Notes under the pieces: generated by a model | The model's input: the letters and a program-made list of their open reading frames with translations, nothing else | Databases searched by the model: none | Told to the model about the DNA's origin: nothing | Source of the DNA: an uncultured Clostridium sp. | GTDB taxonomy: Bacteria; Bacillota; Clostridia; TANB77; CAG-508 | Assembly (NCBI GenBank): GCA_947572725.1 | Contig: CANPDB010000003.1 | Coordinates: 2,296 to 66,295 of the forward strand | Direction of reading: 5' to 3' | DNA length: 64,000 nt | Shown: one piece after another, positions 19,531 to 29,700 of the stretch | Layout: every line of letters begins with the position of its first letter | How positions within the stretch are numbered: the first letter of the stretch is position 1 | Position numbers and translations under genes: made by a program

Positions 19531-20616
19531 ATGAAATTTGTACATATTGCAGATATGCATTTTGATAGTCCTTTTGTAAATCTTTCAGACAAGGGAGAGC
19601 TAGGAGATTTAAGAAGACTAGAACAAAGAAAAGTATTTAAAAAAGTAATTGAATATATAAAAGAAAATAATATAAAATACCTATTTATTTCAGGTGATTT
19701 ATATGAACAAAAATATATAAAAAAATCAACAATAGAATATATAAATAAGCTTTTTAAGGAAATACCAGAAACTAAAGTATTTATCGCACCTGGTAATCAT
19801 GACCCATTTATTAAAAATTCATATTATAATCAGTTTGAATGGAACGAAAATGTTGAAATTTTTAATTCTAGCATTAAAAAAATAGAAACAGATGAAGCGG
19901 ATATTTACGGATATGGTTTTGACGATTACTATTGTACTGATTGTGGAATAGAAAATTTTGAAATAGATAATAAGGAGAAAACAAATGTGTTAGTTCTACA
20001 CGGAACATTAGATGGAGCAAGTATTGAAGATAAGCAATATAATTCTATATCTAAGAAGATGTTGAAGAATAAAGAATTTGACTATATTGCAATGGGCCAT
20101 ATACATAAGCTTGATTATAACACAGAAGAAGAGCAAAGAATTGCATATCCTAGTTCGCCTATTTCCCTAGGATTTGATGAATTAGGAGAACACGGAATGC
20201 TAGTAGGAGAAATAGAAAAAGACAAAATTAATTTAAAGTTTATTCCTTTAGATGAAGAAGAATTTGTAGAGATTGAACTTGATATAACAGATATTTATTC
20301 TAAAGAAGATTTGATAGAAAATATAAATGACCTTGAAATTAAAGAAAATCAATATGTAAAAATTATATTAATAGGAAATAGAAATTTCGAAATAAATACA
20401 TATGAAATTATTAAATTAATTACAAATGATAGAATTATAAAAATTAAAAATAAAACAAAGATAGCATATGATTTAGAAAAGATGTCTAGTAATAATACAT
20501 TAAAAGGACTATTTGTTAAAAAAATGTTAGAAAACTTAAATGGAGATAATGTAAACGAAGAGAAAAGAAAGATAATTGAAAATGCAATTGAAATCGGATT
20601 AGATGCTTTAGAATAA
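19531..20616 (+). CDS. metallophosphoesterase, SbcD/YhaO-like DNA repair exonuclease
   Basis: Start at MKFVHIADMHFD. Calcineurin-like motifs (DMHFD, GDLYE, GNHD, GHIH). Confidence 0.8.
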   Translation: MKFVHIADMHFDSPFVNLSDKGELGDLRRLEQRKVFKKVIEYIKENNIKYLFISGDLYEQKYIKKSTIEYINKLFKEIPETKVFIAPGNHDPFIKNSYYNQFEWNENVEIFNSSIKKIETDEADIYGYGFDDYYCTDCGIENFEIDNKEKTNVLVLHGTLDGASIEDKQYNSISKKMLKNKEFDYIAMGHIHKLDYNTEEEQRIAYPSSPISLGFDELGEHGMLVGEIEKDKINLKFIPLDEEEFVEIELDITDIYSKEDLIENINDLEIKENQYVKIILIGNRNFEINTYEIIKLITNDRIIKIKNKTKIAYDLEKMSSNNTLKGLFVKKMLENLNGDNVNEEKRKIIENAIEIGLDALE

Positions 20617-20649
20617 AAGCTAATATACTATAATTTTAATTAGCTACAT

Positions 20650-20692
20650 GTTCCCAGAAGTTTATATTTTAATATTTTTTTCGAGCTATTTA
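20650..20692. repeat. internally deleted family 1 repeat
   Basis: TTCCCAGAAGTTTATATTTTAATATTTTTTTCGAGCTATTTA joins the family 1 left end directly to the right-end TTCGCGCTATTTA-like motif. Confidence 0.6.
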
Positions 20693-20743
20693 GAGTAGAT
20701 AATAATTTTAAAAATGGTTCATTCTATTTATACTTAGGAAGGA

Positions 20744-22714
20744 ATGATAGAGAAGATGAAAATAAATAAAATAAAAATAAACAATTATGGAAAATTAAAA
20801 GAAAAAGAAATAGAGTTTAAAGATAAAATAAACATTATTTATGGAGAAAACGAATCTGGAAAGTCAACTTTATTAAACTTTATTAGTAATAGTTTTTATG
20901 GTATTTCTAAAAATAAAAGAGGAAAAGAAATGTCAAACTATGAAAAATATACACCATGGACAGGAGAAGAATTTTCGGGAAAACTAGAATACCAATTAGA
21001 TAATGAAGAAAAGTTTGAAGTTTTTAGAGATTTCAGAAAGAAAAACCCTAAAATATTTAATCAAGACAAAGAAGATATATCAAAACAGTTTAACATAGAT
21101 AAAAATAACGGAAATGAATTCTTTTATGAACAAACAAAAGTAGATGAAGAATTATTTTTATCAACTGTCTTAGTAAATCAACAAGAGGTTAAACTAGGAA
21201 AATCAGAACAAAATATATTAATTCAAAAATTAGCAAATCTAGTTGGTACAGGAGATGATAAAGTTTCTTATCAGAGGGCAATAGATAGAATTAATAGAAG
21301 ACAACTAGATGAAATAGGAACACAAAGGTCTAGAGAAAAACCAATTAATATAGTAGAAAGAAATATTGAAGAATTACAAAGAGAAAAAGAAGAACTAGAA
21401 AAATATGAAGACTTTAAATATGAGATAGAAGAAAAAGAGAACAATGTGAATGAAGATATAACAAATTTAGAAAATGAAAACAACTACTTAAAAGAAATAA
21501 AACTAATGCATGAAAATGAAAAAATCGAATTAGAAAAAATCAAGCTAAAAGAAAATATGAAAAACGAAAACTTACAAAAAGTAGAAACATTAAAAAATAA
21601 ATTAGAAGAGATAAAAAGTAATAACATTTTAGAAGAAAATAATGAAAAAGCAATTAAAAATGATGAAAAAACTGTTAAAAAAGATAAATTAAATAAAGAA
21701 ATAGCTTTATTTTTTATAATTTTAGTAATAATTAATATTGCTCAATTTATATTTAATAAAGAAAATATAACTAAATATATATTTCTCTTAACAATACCAA
21801 TCTATTTAATAATTTCTATATTTATTAAATCTAAAGCAAATAAGAAACAAAACATACAAGAAATAGAAGATAATGAGCTAGAGGAAGGATTAAAACGAGT
21901 AAATTTAGAAATTAGTAATTTGAAAAATGAGATAAATCTATTAGAAAAGAATAATGACTCTTTAGAAGAAGAAATAAATGAATTAAAAAGTAAGTTTAAT
22001 TTAAAAGTAGGTTTGGAAAAAGAAAAGATACAAAATAAGTATTTAACTAAAATAGAAAAAGGTAAATTGGATAAGCTTAAAAATTTAGAAGACATTAATT
22101 ATGAGATACAAGTTTTAGAAAATAAAATAAATGCACAAAAGATTAAATTACATACTTTAGAAATAGATAAGAAAAACATAGAACCAAAATTAGAAAATTT
22201 ATCAAAGATTGAAGAAAAAATAGTTTACAATAATGAAAAAATGTCAACTTTAAAAACATTAGAAGAGAGTATGGAATTAGCAAAAAATATCTTAAGTGAT
22301 TCTTATGAAGAAATGAAAAGTACAGTTACCCCTAAGTTTACACAAAATTTGTCAGAAAATATTTCAAACATAACAGATGGCAAATATACAAATATTAGAT
22401 TTAATGATGAACAAGGATTAATAGTTGAGTTAGAAAATGGTAATTATGTATCTGCAACACAATTAAGTATTGGAACAATAGATCAATTATACTTATCTTT
22501 GAGACTTTGTATGCTTGAAGAATTGTCAGATGAAAAAATGCCAATTATATTAGATGAAGCTTTTGCTTATTATGATACAGAGAGATTAACTAATATTTTA
22601 AAATATATTAATGATAAATTTACTACTCATCAAGTTATTATTTTTACTTGTACTAATAGAGAAAAGGAGATTTTGAATAATTTACATATTAATTATAATT
22701 GCATTAATTTGTAA
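20744..22714 (+). CDS. AAA/SMC-like ATPase, SbcC/YhaN-like
   Basis: N-terminal Walker A (GENESGKST), long coiled coil with two central TM helices, C-terminal signature and Walker B (LSIGTIDQLYLSLRL...PIILDEAF). Alternative start at 20756. Confidence 0.75.
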   Translation: MIEKMKINKIKINNYGKLKEKEIEFKDKINIIYGENESGKSTLLNFISNSFYGISKNKRGKEMSNYEKYTPWTGEEFSGKLEYQLDNEEKFEVFRDFRKKNPKIFNQDKEDISKQFNIDKNNGNEFFYEQTKVDEELFLSTVLVNQQEVKLGKSEQNILIQKLANLVGTGDDKVSYQRAIDRINRRQLDEIGTQRSREKPINIVERNIEELQREKEELEKYEDFKYEIEEKENNVNEDITNLENENNYLKEIKLMHENEKIELEKIKLKENMKNENLQKVETLKNKLEEIKSNNILEENNEKAIKNDEKTVKKDKLNKEIALFFIILVIINIAQFIFNKENITKYIFLLTIPIYLIISIFIKSKANKKQNIQEIEDNELEEGLKRVNLEISNLKNEINLLEKNNDSLEEEINELKSKFNLKVGLEKEKIQNKYLTKIEKGKLDKLKNLEDINYEIQVLENKINAQKIKLHTLEIDKKNIEPKLENLSKIEEKIVYNNEKMSTLKTLEESMELAKNILSDSYEEMKSTVTPKFTQNLSENISNITDGKYTNIRFNDEQGLIVELENGNYVSATQLSIGTIDQLYLSLRLCMLEELSDEKMPIILDEAFAYYDTERLTNILKYINDKFTTHQVIIFTCTNREKEILNNLHINYNCINL

Positions 22715-22738
22715 ATTATTTAGTATCAATTTTATTTA

Positions 22739-22976
22739 GCAATCAATTAATTTTCTTTTAGTTAATTATATTTTTTAAACTACTCACTCCCAGAGGTTTA
22801 TAATTATATATTTTTTCACTGCCCCAACCTAAAAATTCTAAAGAAAAGTTTTTTAAACTTTTCTAAGAATTTTTGGATGGTCACCCCGGAGTCGTTCAAA
22901 AGGTATATAATTATAAACCTCTTCGCGCTATTTAAATTTTAACTTATAATTAACTAAAAGAAAATTAATCGATTGC
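22739..22976. repeat. nested-hairpin repeat family 1, copy C, inside a 38-bp flanking inverted repeat
   Basis: Core 22780-22937. The outer stem AGAGGTTTATAATTATATA / TATATAATTATAAACCTCT is perfect. The flanks GCAATCAATTAATTTTCTTTTAGTTAATTATA and its reverse complement bound the whole unit. Confidence 0.85.
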
Positions 22977-23052
22977 TATATTAATATTGAAAAATATGCC
23001 AATTTGTGGTAATATTAACAAAGTAAAAACAAAAAGGTAAAGGAGAATTTTT

Positions 23053-24111
23053 ATGTTTGAAAAATTAGAAGCTGTTGAGAAGAGATATGATGAGTTAACA
23101 AAATTAATAGCAGACCCAGAAATAATATCAAACCAAGCAGAATGGCAAAAATTAATGAAGGAACATGCAAGTATAGAAGATATAGTAATAAAATTTAGAG
23201 AATACAAAAAAACAAAACAAGACATGGAAGAAGCAGAAGAACTAATGCAAGACCCTGATATGAAAGAATTAGCAGAAAGTGAATATTACACAGCAAAAGA
23301 AGCATTACCAAAAATAGAAGAAGAACTAAAAATATTATTAATACCAAAAGACCCAGATGATGACAAAAATATCATTTGTGAAATCAGAGCAGGAGCAGGG
23401 GGAGAAGAAGCAGCACTTTTTGCAGGAACATTATTTAGAATGTATACAATGTATGCTGAGAAAAAACATTGGAAACTAGAAGTTCTAAATGAAAACGATA
23501 CTGGACTTGGAGGATACAAAGAAATTTCTTTTATGATTACAGGAAAAGGTGTATATAGTAGACTAAAATTTGAAAGTGGAGTACATAGAGTACAAAGAGT
23601 ACCAGACACAGAAAGTAGTGGAAGAATACATACATCAACAGCAACAGTTGCAATGCTTCCAGTAGTAGAAGATGTGGAAATAGAAGTAAATCCAGCAGAT
23701 ATAAAAATGGAAGTATTTAGAGCTTCAGGAGCAGGAGGACAACATATTAACAAAACATCATCAGCCGTAAGACTAATCCACGAACCAACAGGGATAGTAG
23801 TAGAATGTCAAACAGAAAGATCACAATTCCAAAATAAAGATAACGCAATGAAAATGCTTAGAACAAAATTATATGAAATAGAAAAACAAAAACAAGACAG
23901 TGAGATATCAAATGCCAGAAAGTCTCAAGTAGGTTCAGGAGATAGAAGTGAAAAGATAAGAACTTATAACTATCCACAAGGTAGAATTACAGACCATAGA
24001 ATAGGAATGAGTATTTATCAAATGGAAAACTTCTTAAATGGAGATATTGATGAAATGGTAGATAACTTAATTGCAGCAGACAGAGCAGAAAGATTAAAAG
24101 GTGAAGAATAA
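23053..24111 (+). CDS. prfA: peptide chain release factor 1
   Basis: 352 aa. GGQ motif ([11 protein letters not shown]) and the RF1-type recognition loop [17 protein letters not shown]. Confidence 0.95.
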   Translation: MFEKLEAVEKRYDELTKLIADPEIISNQAEWQKLMKEHASIEDIVIKFREYKKTKQDMEEAEELMQDPDMKELAESEYYTAKEALPKIEEELKILLIPKDPDDDKNIICEIRAGAGGEEAALFAGTLFRMYTMYAEKKHWKLEVLNENDTGLGGYKEISFMITGKGVYSRLKFESGVHRVQRVPDTESSGRIHTSTATVAMLPVVEDVEIEVNPADIKMEVFRASGAGGQHINKTSSAVRLIHEPTGIVVECQTERSQFQNKDNAMKMLRTKLYEIEKQKQDSEISNARKSQVGSGDRSEKIRTYNYPQGRITDHRIGMSIYQMENFLNGDIDEMVDNLIAADRAERLKGEE

Positions 24112-24120
24112 ATAATAAAT

Positions 24121-24333
24121 GTGACAAAAGGGGCGTCCCTTTTTGTCACATAAAAATTATATATTTAAAATGTTATTATATTTTTTATTTGCAACTCCCA
24201 ACTGCACACAGTCTGTAAATTCTTAACAGACTGTAGCTTGTCGGTCCCCACGAAATGTTGCTTCATAAAGAAATATAATAACATTTTATAAAAAACAAAT
24301 TTGTGTGACAAAAAAGGGCGCCCCTTTTGTCAC
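24121..24333. repeat. composite palindrome: family 2 hairpin pair enclosing a minimal CTCCCA...GGTCCCCAC unit
   Basis: GTGACAAAAGGGGCGTCCCTTTTTGTCAC (24121-24149) and GTGACAAAAAAGGGCGCCCCTTTTGTCAC (24305-24333) are inverted. Inner core is GCAACTCCCAACTGC-hairpin-AGCTTGTCGGTCCCCACGAAATGTTGC (24191-24261). Confidence 0.85.
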
Positions 24334-24347
24334 AGGAGGTAAAAAAC

Positions 24348-24890
24348 ATGAAATTATTAGTAGTATCAGATATTCATGGGTCAGGATATTATGCGAAAAA
24401 GATAAAAGAAATTTATGAAAAGGAGCAACCTGATAAATTGATTTTATTAGGAGATTTATATTATCATGGACCAAGGAATCCATTGACGGAAGGATATAAT
24501 CCAGGTGAAGTTGCAAGTATATTAAATGGTCTTAAAGATAATATAAAATGCATTAAAGGAAATTGTGATGCAGAAGTAGATGAGATGATTTCAGAGTTTC
24601 CATTAGAAGATTATATTATTATGGATGTTAATGGGTATAAAATCTTTTTTACACACGGACATAAATACAATATAGATAAACTTCCAAAAGAGGATTTTGA
24701 TATTCTTGTTTATGGGCATTTCCACACAGGTTTTATAAAAGAGAAAGATGGTAAATTGTTTATTAATAGTGGCTCAATTACTTTACCAAAAGATAATACA
24801 GAACATAGCTATTTAATAATAGATGAAGATAAAATTGTGTTAAAAAATATAGATGGAAAAATAATAGAACAAAGAGATTTAAAAGCTTAA
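24348..24890 (+). CDS. YfcE/MJ0936-family metallophosphoesterase
   Basis: Start at MKLLVVSDIHGS. Motifs GDLYYHG, GNCD, THGH, GHFH. Confidence 0.8.
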   Translation: MKLLVVSDIHGSGYYAKKIKEIYEKEQPDKLILLGDLYYHGPRNPLTEGYNPGEVASILNGLKDNIKCIKGNCDAEVDEMISEFPLEDYIIMDVNGYKIFFTHGHKYNIDKLPKEDFDILVYGHFHTGFIKEKDGKLFINSGSITLPKDNTEHSYLIIDEDKIVLKNIDGKIIEQRDLKA

Positions 24891-24902
24891 GGAGGGAAAA
24901 TA

Positions 24903-26021
24903 TTGAAAGATAAAAGAATAGAAAAGCTTGCAAATAATTTATTGACTTATTCAATTGATTTAAAACCAAATGAAAATTTATTAATTGAAGTTTTAGGAGA
25001 AGATGGGATACCTCTAGCTAAAGAGTTAATTAAACAAGCAGAAGAAATGAAAGCAAGACCATGTTTCAATATTATAAATTATGAATTATTACGCGAAATG
25101 CTTAAAAATTGTAGCGAAGAACAAATCAAACAGTATGCTAAATATGACTTAGTAAAAATGAAAGATGCAGATGCTTATATTGGAATTAGGGCAAGTAGTA
25201 ATATAGCAGAATTAAGCGATATAGATAATGAGAGGATAGAGTTGTATAACAAATATTATACTTTGCCAGTTCATTTTGAAGAAAGAGTGAAGAATACCAA
25301 ATGGTGTATATTAAGATACCCTAACAATTCTATGGCACAAATGAGTAATATGAGCTTAGAAAAGTTTGAAGATTTTTATTTTGATGTTTGTAATTTAGAC
25401 TATAAAAAAATGTCAAAAGCAATGGATAATCTAGTAAATTTGATGAATAAAACAGATAAGGTACATATACTTGGAAAAGATACAGACTTAACATTTAGTA
25501 TTAAAGGAATACCAGCAGAAAAGTATTGTGGAAACTTTAATATACCAGATGGTGAAGTTGCATCAGCACCAGTAAAAGATAGTGTAAATGGTTATATTAC
25601 ATACAACACAGAAACTTCTTACAATGGAAAGCATTTTAATAATATAAGATTTGAATTTGAAAATGGAAAAATTATAAAAGCAACTTCTAATAATGACGAA
25701 GAACTGAACAAAATACTAGATACTGATGAAGGTGCAAGATATATAGGAGAATTTGCAATTGGTTTAAATCCATATGTCCAAAAGCCAATTGGTGATACAT
25801 TATTTGATGAGAAAATCAAAGGTAGCTTTCATTTTACACCAGGTGATAGCTTAGAAGAAAGCGATAATGGTAATCGTTCAAGTATTCATTGGGACATTGT
25901 AATGATTCAAACACCAGAATATGGCGGAGGAGAAATATGGTTTGATGATGTGCTAATTCGTAAGGATGGAAGGTTTGTATTAGATGAACTATTAAAATTA
26001 AATTCTGAAAACCTAATATAA
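24903..26021 (+). CDS. aminopeptidase, M29 (AmpS/PepS) family
   Basis: TTG start after RBS AAGGAGGG. 372 aa with an M29-like N-terminus (IEKLANNLLTYSIDLKPNENLLIE) and C-terminal EFAIGLNP / SIHWDIV blocks. Confidence 0.8.
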   Translation: MKDKRIEKLANNLLTYSIDLKPNENLLIEVLGEDGIPLAKELIKQAEEMKARPCFNIINYELLREMLKNCSEEQIKQYAKYDLVKMKDADAYIGIRASSNIAELSDIDNERIELYNKYYTLPVHFEERVKNTKWCILRYPNNSMAQMSNMSLEKFEDFYFDVCNLDYKKMSKAMDNLVNLMNKTDKVHILGKDTDLTFSIKGIPAEKYCGNFNIPDGEVASAPVKDSVNGYITYNTETSYNGKHFNNIRFEFENGKIIKATSNNDEELNKILDTDEGARYIGEFAIGLNPYVQKPIGDTLFDEKIKGSFHFTPGDSLEESDNGNRSSIHWDIVMIQTPEYGGGEIWFDDVLIRKDGRFVLDELLKLNSENLI

Positions 26022-26048
26022 TAAATAAAATATTATATTAGGTTTTAT
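26010..26048 (+). terminator. intrinsic terminator overlapping the aminopeptidase stop codon
   Basis: AACCTAATATAAT ... ATTATATTAGGTT followed by TTAT. A second 15-bp hairpin (TTACAGTTTAGTATA / TATACTAAACTGTAA) follows at 26051-26105. Confidence 0.6.
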
Positions 26049-26174
26049 GGTTACAGTTTAGTATAGAAATTATTTAATTGCTTCCATATGTTTATACTAA
26101 ACTGTAACATTTTATGTTAAAAACTATAAAGATAATATTTACAACAACATATTAAAAAGATATAATAAATTTAG

Positions 26175-26930
26175 GTGATGATAATGAAGAAAAAGGAAAC
26201 ATATTTAAATAGACTATTGAATGATATAGTTTTTATAATAATGGGAATTGTAATTTCAATTATTATAGCTAGTGGCTTTTTTTATTTATTTTTTGCAAAG
26301 GATATAGGATTGAAGAATGCTAAAGAAAAAGGAACAAAAGTAATAGCTACAATAGCTGATATAGAAGAACGTGGAAACCCACTTCATAATCCATATGAAG
26401 AAAATCGTTCTATAAGAAATATGACATTAACTTATAGTTATAGAGGAAAGGAATATACAAATGTAACTTCTAGTTCATATAAAAAAGCTAGTATTGGAGA
26501 TGTAATTACAATTTACATTATAGATAATAATCCCAATAATATTGTTGTAGAGCTTCCAAATTCATCATGGATTCCATATTTTGCATTTGCTTTGTTAGGT
26601 TTAATCTTAATTGGTTGTATTTATTCGTTGATTGTAACGATAAAACAATGCTTACTATATAAAAAATCACAGAAATTTACAACTATTACAGGAAACTTTT
26701 CACATATAGAATCACGAAATCATATGGGATATACTAAATATTATATAATTTGTGAATCAGATGAAATAGGAGGATTCAATAGAAGTTTTAAAAGCCATTA
26801 TTATTCTGAAAATCCTTCTGACTTTATAGAAAAGCGTAACAGAAAGACATTTAAAATAAAGTATAATCCAGCAAAGCCAAAAGAGTACATCGTAGATACA
26901 GATGGTTTTGACAACCAATTTTTAAAATAG
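26175..26930 (+). CDS. DUF3592-like membrane protein
   Basis: N-terminal TM helix, beta-rich middle region, second TM helix (IPYFAFALLGLILIGCIYSLIV). Same architecture as the 29137 ORF. Confidence 0.55.
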   Translation: MMIMKKKETYLNRLLNDIVFIIMGIVISIIIASGFFYLFFAKDIGLKNAKEKGTKVIATIADIEERGNPLHNPYEENRSIRNMTLTYSYRGKEYTNVTSSSYKKASIGDVITIYIIDNNPNNIVVELPNSSWIPYFAFALLGLILIGCIYSLIVTIKQCLLYKKSQKFTTITGNFSHIESRNHMGYTKYYIICESDEIGGFNRSFKSHYYSENPSDFIEKRNRKTFKIKYNPAKPKEYIVDTDGFDNQFLK

Positions 26931-27025
26931 AAATCATAGATAAAAAGTTCTAAAAAATGATTAAAAAATTGGAAATTTTTAGAAAATTGTTTGACAAATG
27001 CAAAAGAATACGTTACTATTTAATT

Positions 27026-27105
27026 ACAAAATAAATGAACTTTGAATGTCGCTAGTATTCAAATCATAACAGTGTGTGTACCACGAATACACATGCTATT
27101 TTTTG
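27026..27105 (+). ncRNA. candidate sRNA, copy 1 (paralog of 29701-29787)
   Basis: Promoter TTGACA-17-TACTAT at 26991-27019. Hairpin 1 at 27041-27063. Terminator hairpin AGTGTGTGTA-CCACGAA-TACACATGCT plus T-run. The promoter through +15 is near-identical to copy 2. Confidence 0.45.
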
Positions 27106-27294
27106 TCAAAAATAGAGCAGACCACGAATATGCTCTACGACTAAATACAGCTAATTAGTCTTAACTTTGTTGTCATCTTGCATTTGCTTATGTTGTTGTT
27201 CTAATTGTTGTTGTAATATAATGTTTTTTTAAATGAATAAAATAAAGCTCTTTAAAATAAACTGTATATAAGAATATTTAAAGGAGTTTTTTTA

Positions 27295-27750
27295 GTGGAA
27301 GAAATATTAAAAACAACATTATTAGGTTTATTTTTTGGAACATTTGGTACTACATTAGGAGGAATTATAGGAGTTATTATAAAAAAACACTCAAATAAAT
27401 TTTTGAGTTCAATTTTATCATTTGCATCAGGACTAATGATGGCAGTAATATGTTTTGATTTAATTCCTGAGGCATTAGGAATTAGCAGTATTTTTAATAT
27501 AATAGTTGGAATAGTAGTTGGTATAATTGCAATGATATTTTGTGATATATTAGTTGAAAGAAAATTCAGTAATACAAAAAGATTTGAAGGAGAAAAGAAT
27601 TCATTATTAAAAACAGGCATTATTGTATCAATTGGTTTGGCAATTCATAATTTTCCAGAAGGATTAGCAATTGGATCTGGATTTGAAGCTTCAATGAAAT
27701 TGGGACTAAGTTTAGCTTTAGCAATTTGCTTGCATGATATACCAGAAGGA
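27295..27750 (+). pseudogene. zupT: ZIP family metal transporter (ZupT-like), 5-prime part, interrupted by an integrated element
   Basis: GTG start after AAGGAG. Motifs HNFPEGLAIG and HDIPEG. The frame leaves transporter sequence right after HDIPEG and stops 11 codons later. The rest of the protein (ISMAVPM...GELIPES...) resumes at 34871. Confidence 0.85.
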
Positions 27751-28182
27751 AGATTCCAAAGTAGACACCAAGTGAAATATGCTTGATAAACGATTTGAAT
27801 TTAAATTAAATTTTAAATAGAAAATGCATACGTTATTAAAATAAGTAAAGTATGTATTTTTTTTGCTCAAAATAATTAGATAAATGAAGAATTTTTTGTA
27901 TTAAAAGTATAAAATTTTTGATAATTTGTAAAGTAACAAAATTTGATAGGTATCGAAATGAGCAAACCATTGAAAACAAAAGAGTTTATAATATTGATTT
28001 GATAGTTTTGTGAGTGGAGGTAAGTAGACGATAGCGTATGCTATCGAATATCTTACCATAAGGGACAATTTAGTGATAAATTATAAAAAGAATTTTAAGT
28101 GAACAAATGAAAAGGAATAGAAGATAAAAAAGTTGATTTTTTATTGATTTTAATGTTAATATATATACTAGGAGATTTTTAA

Positions 28183-29106
28183 ATGAACAGAATAAAACAG
28201 AATATAAATGAATTTTTAATGCAATTATGTATTTATTGTATAGTGTTTGTTCCAATAGGAGCTGTTATGATATATGTAAAAGCTAATTTTATAAGTGAAA
28301 TAATAATATGCATTATATCTTTTATAATATTTACATATATTAAAATAAAAATTGAAAAAAAAATAAGAATAAAGCCAATTTTTAATGAAAAATATTATAG
28401 AGATATTCCAAATATAAAACCTGCAATATTGAAATTTTATATTTCTAAAGGAAAATATTATAATGATTATTATGATTTTTATGCTACAATTTTAGATTTA
28501 ATAAATAGGAGATATTTATTATTAAATTTTAAAACAAAAATATTAACAATAAATCAAGGAGCAAATTTAAATAATTTAGAAACATTTGAATTAAATATTA
28601 TTGAATTATTATTTTATAAGAGAAATCAAACAGAGATAGACTTTACAAAACTGAAATATGAATTAGAAAATGATGAATTATTTTATGCAAAAATAGAAGC
28701 ATGGAAAATGCTTGTTATAATAGCAGCTAATAATAATATATATTTAGACACTAATAAGAAAATTGATTTATTAAGAAAAATATCAGGATTAATAGCGGGT
28801 GTTATTCCTTTTATATTTTTAATATTACCTTCAATGTTTCAAATTAATGATATTTGGTGTGGCTTTGTTTGTGCTATCGAAATAGGTGGTTGGTGTTTAG
28901 CAAGTATAAACAATAAAACATATTCAAAAGAAATAATAGAAGAAATTGAAAAATCAAAAGCATTAGCGAGATATGTAAAAGATTATTCAATGATCAAGGA
29001 AAAAGGTATAAATGATGTAGTAATTTGGGAAGGATATTTAGTATATTCAGTTATATTAAATACACCAGATAAAATAAAAAAATATTTCGATGATATATTT
29101 AGATAA
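28183..29106 (+). CDS. DUF2207-like membrane protein (C-terminal half only)
   Basis: 307 aa. YYRDIPNIKPAILKFYIS segment, TM helices, C-terminal WEGYLVYSVILN, reminiscent of DUF2207. Confidence 0.5.
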   Translation: MNRIKQNINEFLMQLCIYCIVFVPIGAVMIYVKANFISEIIICIISFIIFTYIKIKIEKKIRIKPIFNEKYYRDIPNIKPAILKFYISKGKYYNDYYDFYATILDLINRRYLLLNFKTKILTINQGANLNNLETFELNIIELLFYKRNQTEIDFTKLKYELENDELFYAKIEAWKMLVIIAANNNIYLDTNKKIDLLRKISGLIAGVIPFIFLILPSMFQINDIWCGFVCAIEIGGWCLASINNKTYSKEIIEEIEKSKALARYVKDYSMIKEKGINDVVIWEGYLVYSVILNTPDKIKKYFDDIFR

Positions 29107-29136
29107 TAAAACATCAAATGTGTTTCTTTATTAAAA

Positions 29137-29598
29137 ATGAAAGGAAGTGTTGTTATGAATTTTTTTAGGAGAAATTCTGGAGCATTAATTATAGTTGGAA
29201 TAATATTAATAATTTTTTATTTTACAGTTTTATTTTATAATAATTTTTATGAAGATAAAATGAAAACTACAGTATTAAGAACTGGAGAGATCCAAGTTTT
29301 TTATGGAGATGGTTTAAAAGATTTAAAAGATGTTAATACTACAGGATTGGATGATATTACATATTATAAAGACATAACAATAGAGATTAATGGAAAAGAG
29401 ACAGTTTTTAAAGATTCACAACAAACTGTAAGAAAATTAGCAAATATAAATGAAGAAATAACTATATATAAAGATAAAAATGGAAATATACAGAGATATA
29501 CAAACACGACAAAGTTTATGAATTTTTTCTGCCTATTTACTGGAATTATTCTATTGAGTACGGCATTTATTAGCAAAATATCAATAAAAAGAAAATGA
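29137..29598 (+). CDS. DUF3592-like membrane protein
   Basis: N- and C-terminal TM helices flank a beta-rich segment. Possible start at 29155 (MNFFRRN). Confidence 0.5.
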   Translation: MKGSVVMNFFRRNSGALIIVGIILIIFYFTVLFYNNFYEDKMKTTVLRTGEIQVFYGDGLKDLKDVNTTGLDDITYYKDITIEINGKETVFKDSQQTVRKLANINEEITIYKDKNGNIQRYTNTTKFMNFFCLFTGIILLSTAFISKISIKRK

Positions 29599-29665
29599 TT
29601 ATCCATCCTTATATTCTAATTGCAAATTTGGTACAGAAAATATTGGAAAATTCTAGAAATTTGAT

Positions 29666-29694
29666 TTGACAAATGCAAAAGAATATGTTATTAT
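29666..29694 (+). promoter_or_regulatory. consensus-like sigma-A promoter of the candidate sRNA
   Basis: TTGACA, 17-nt spacer, TATTAT. Duplicated at 26991-27019. Confidence 0.6.
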
Positions 29695-29700
29695 TTAATT

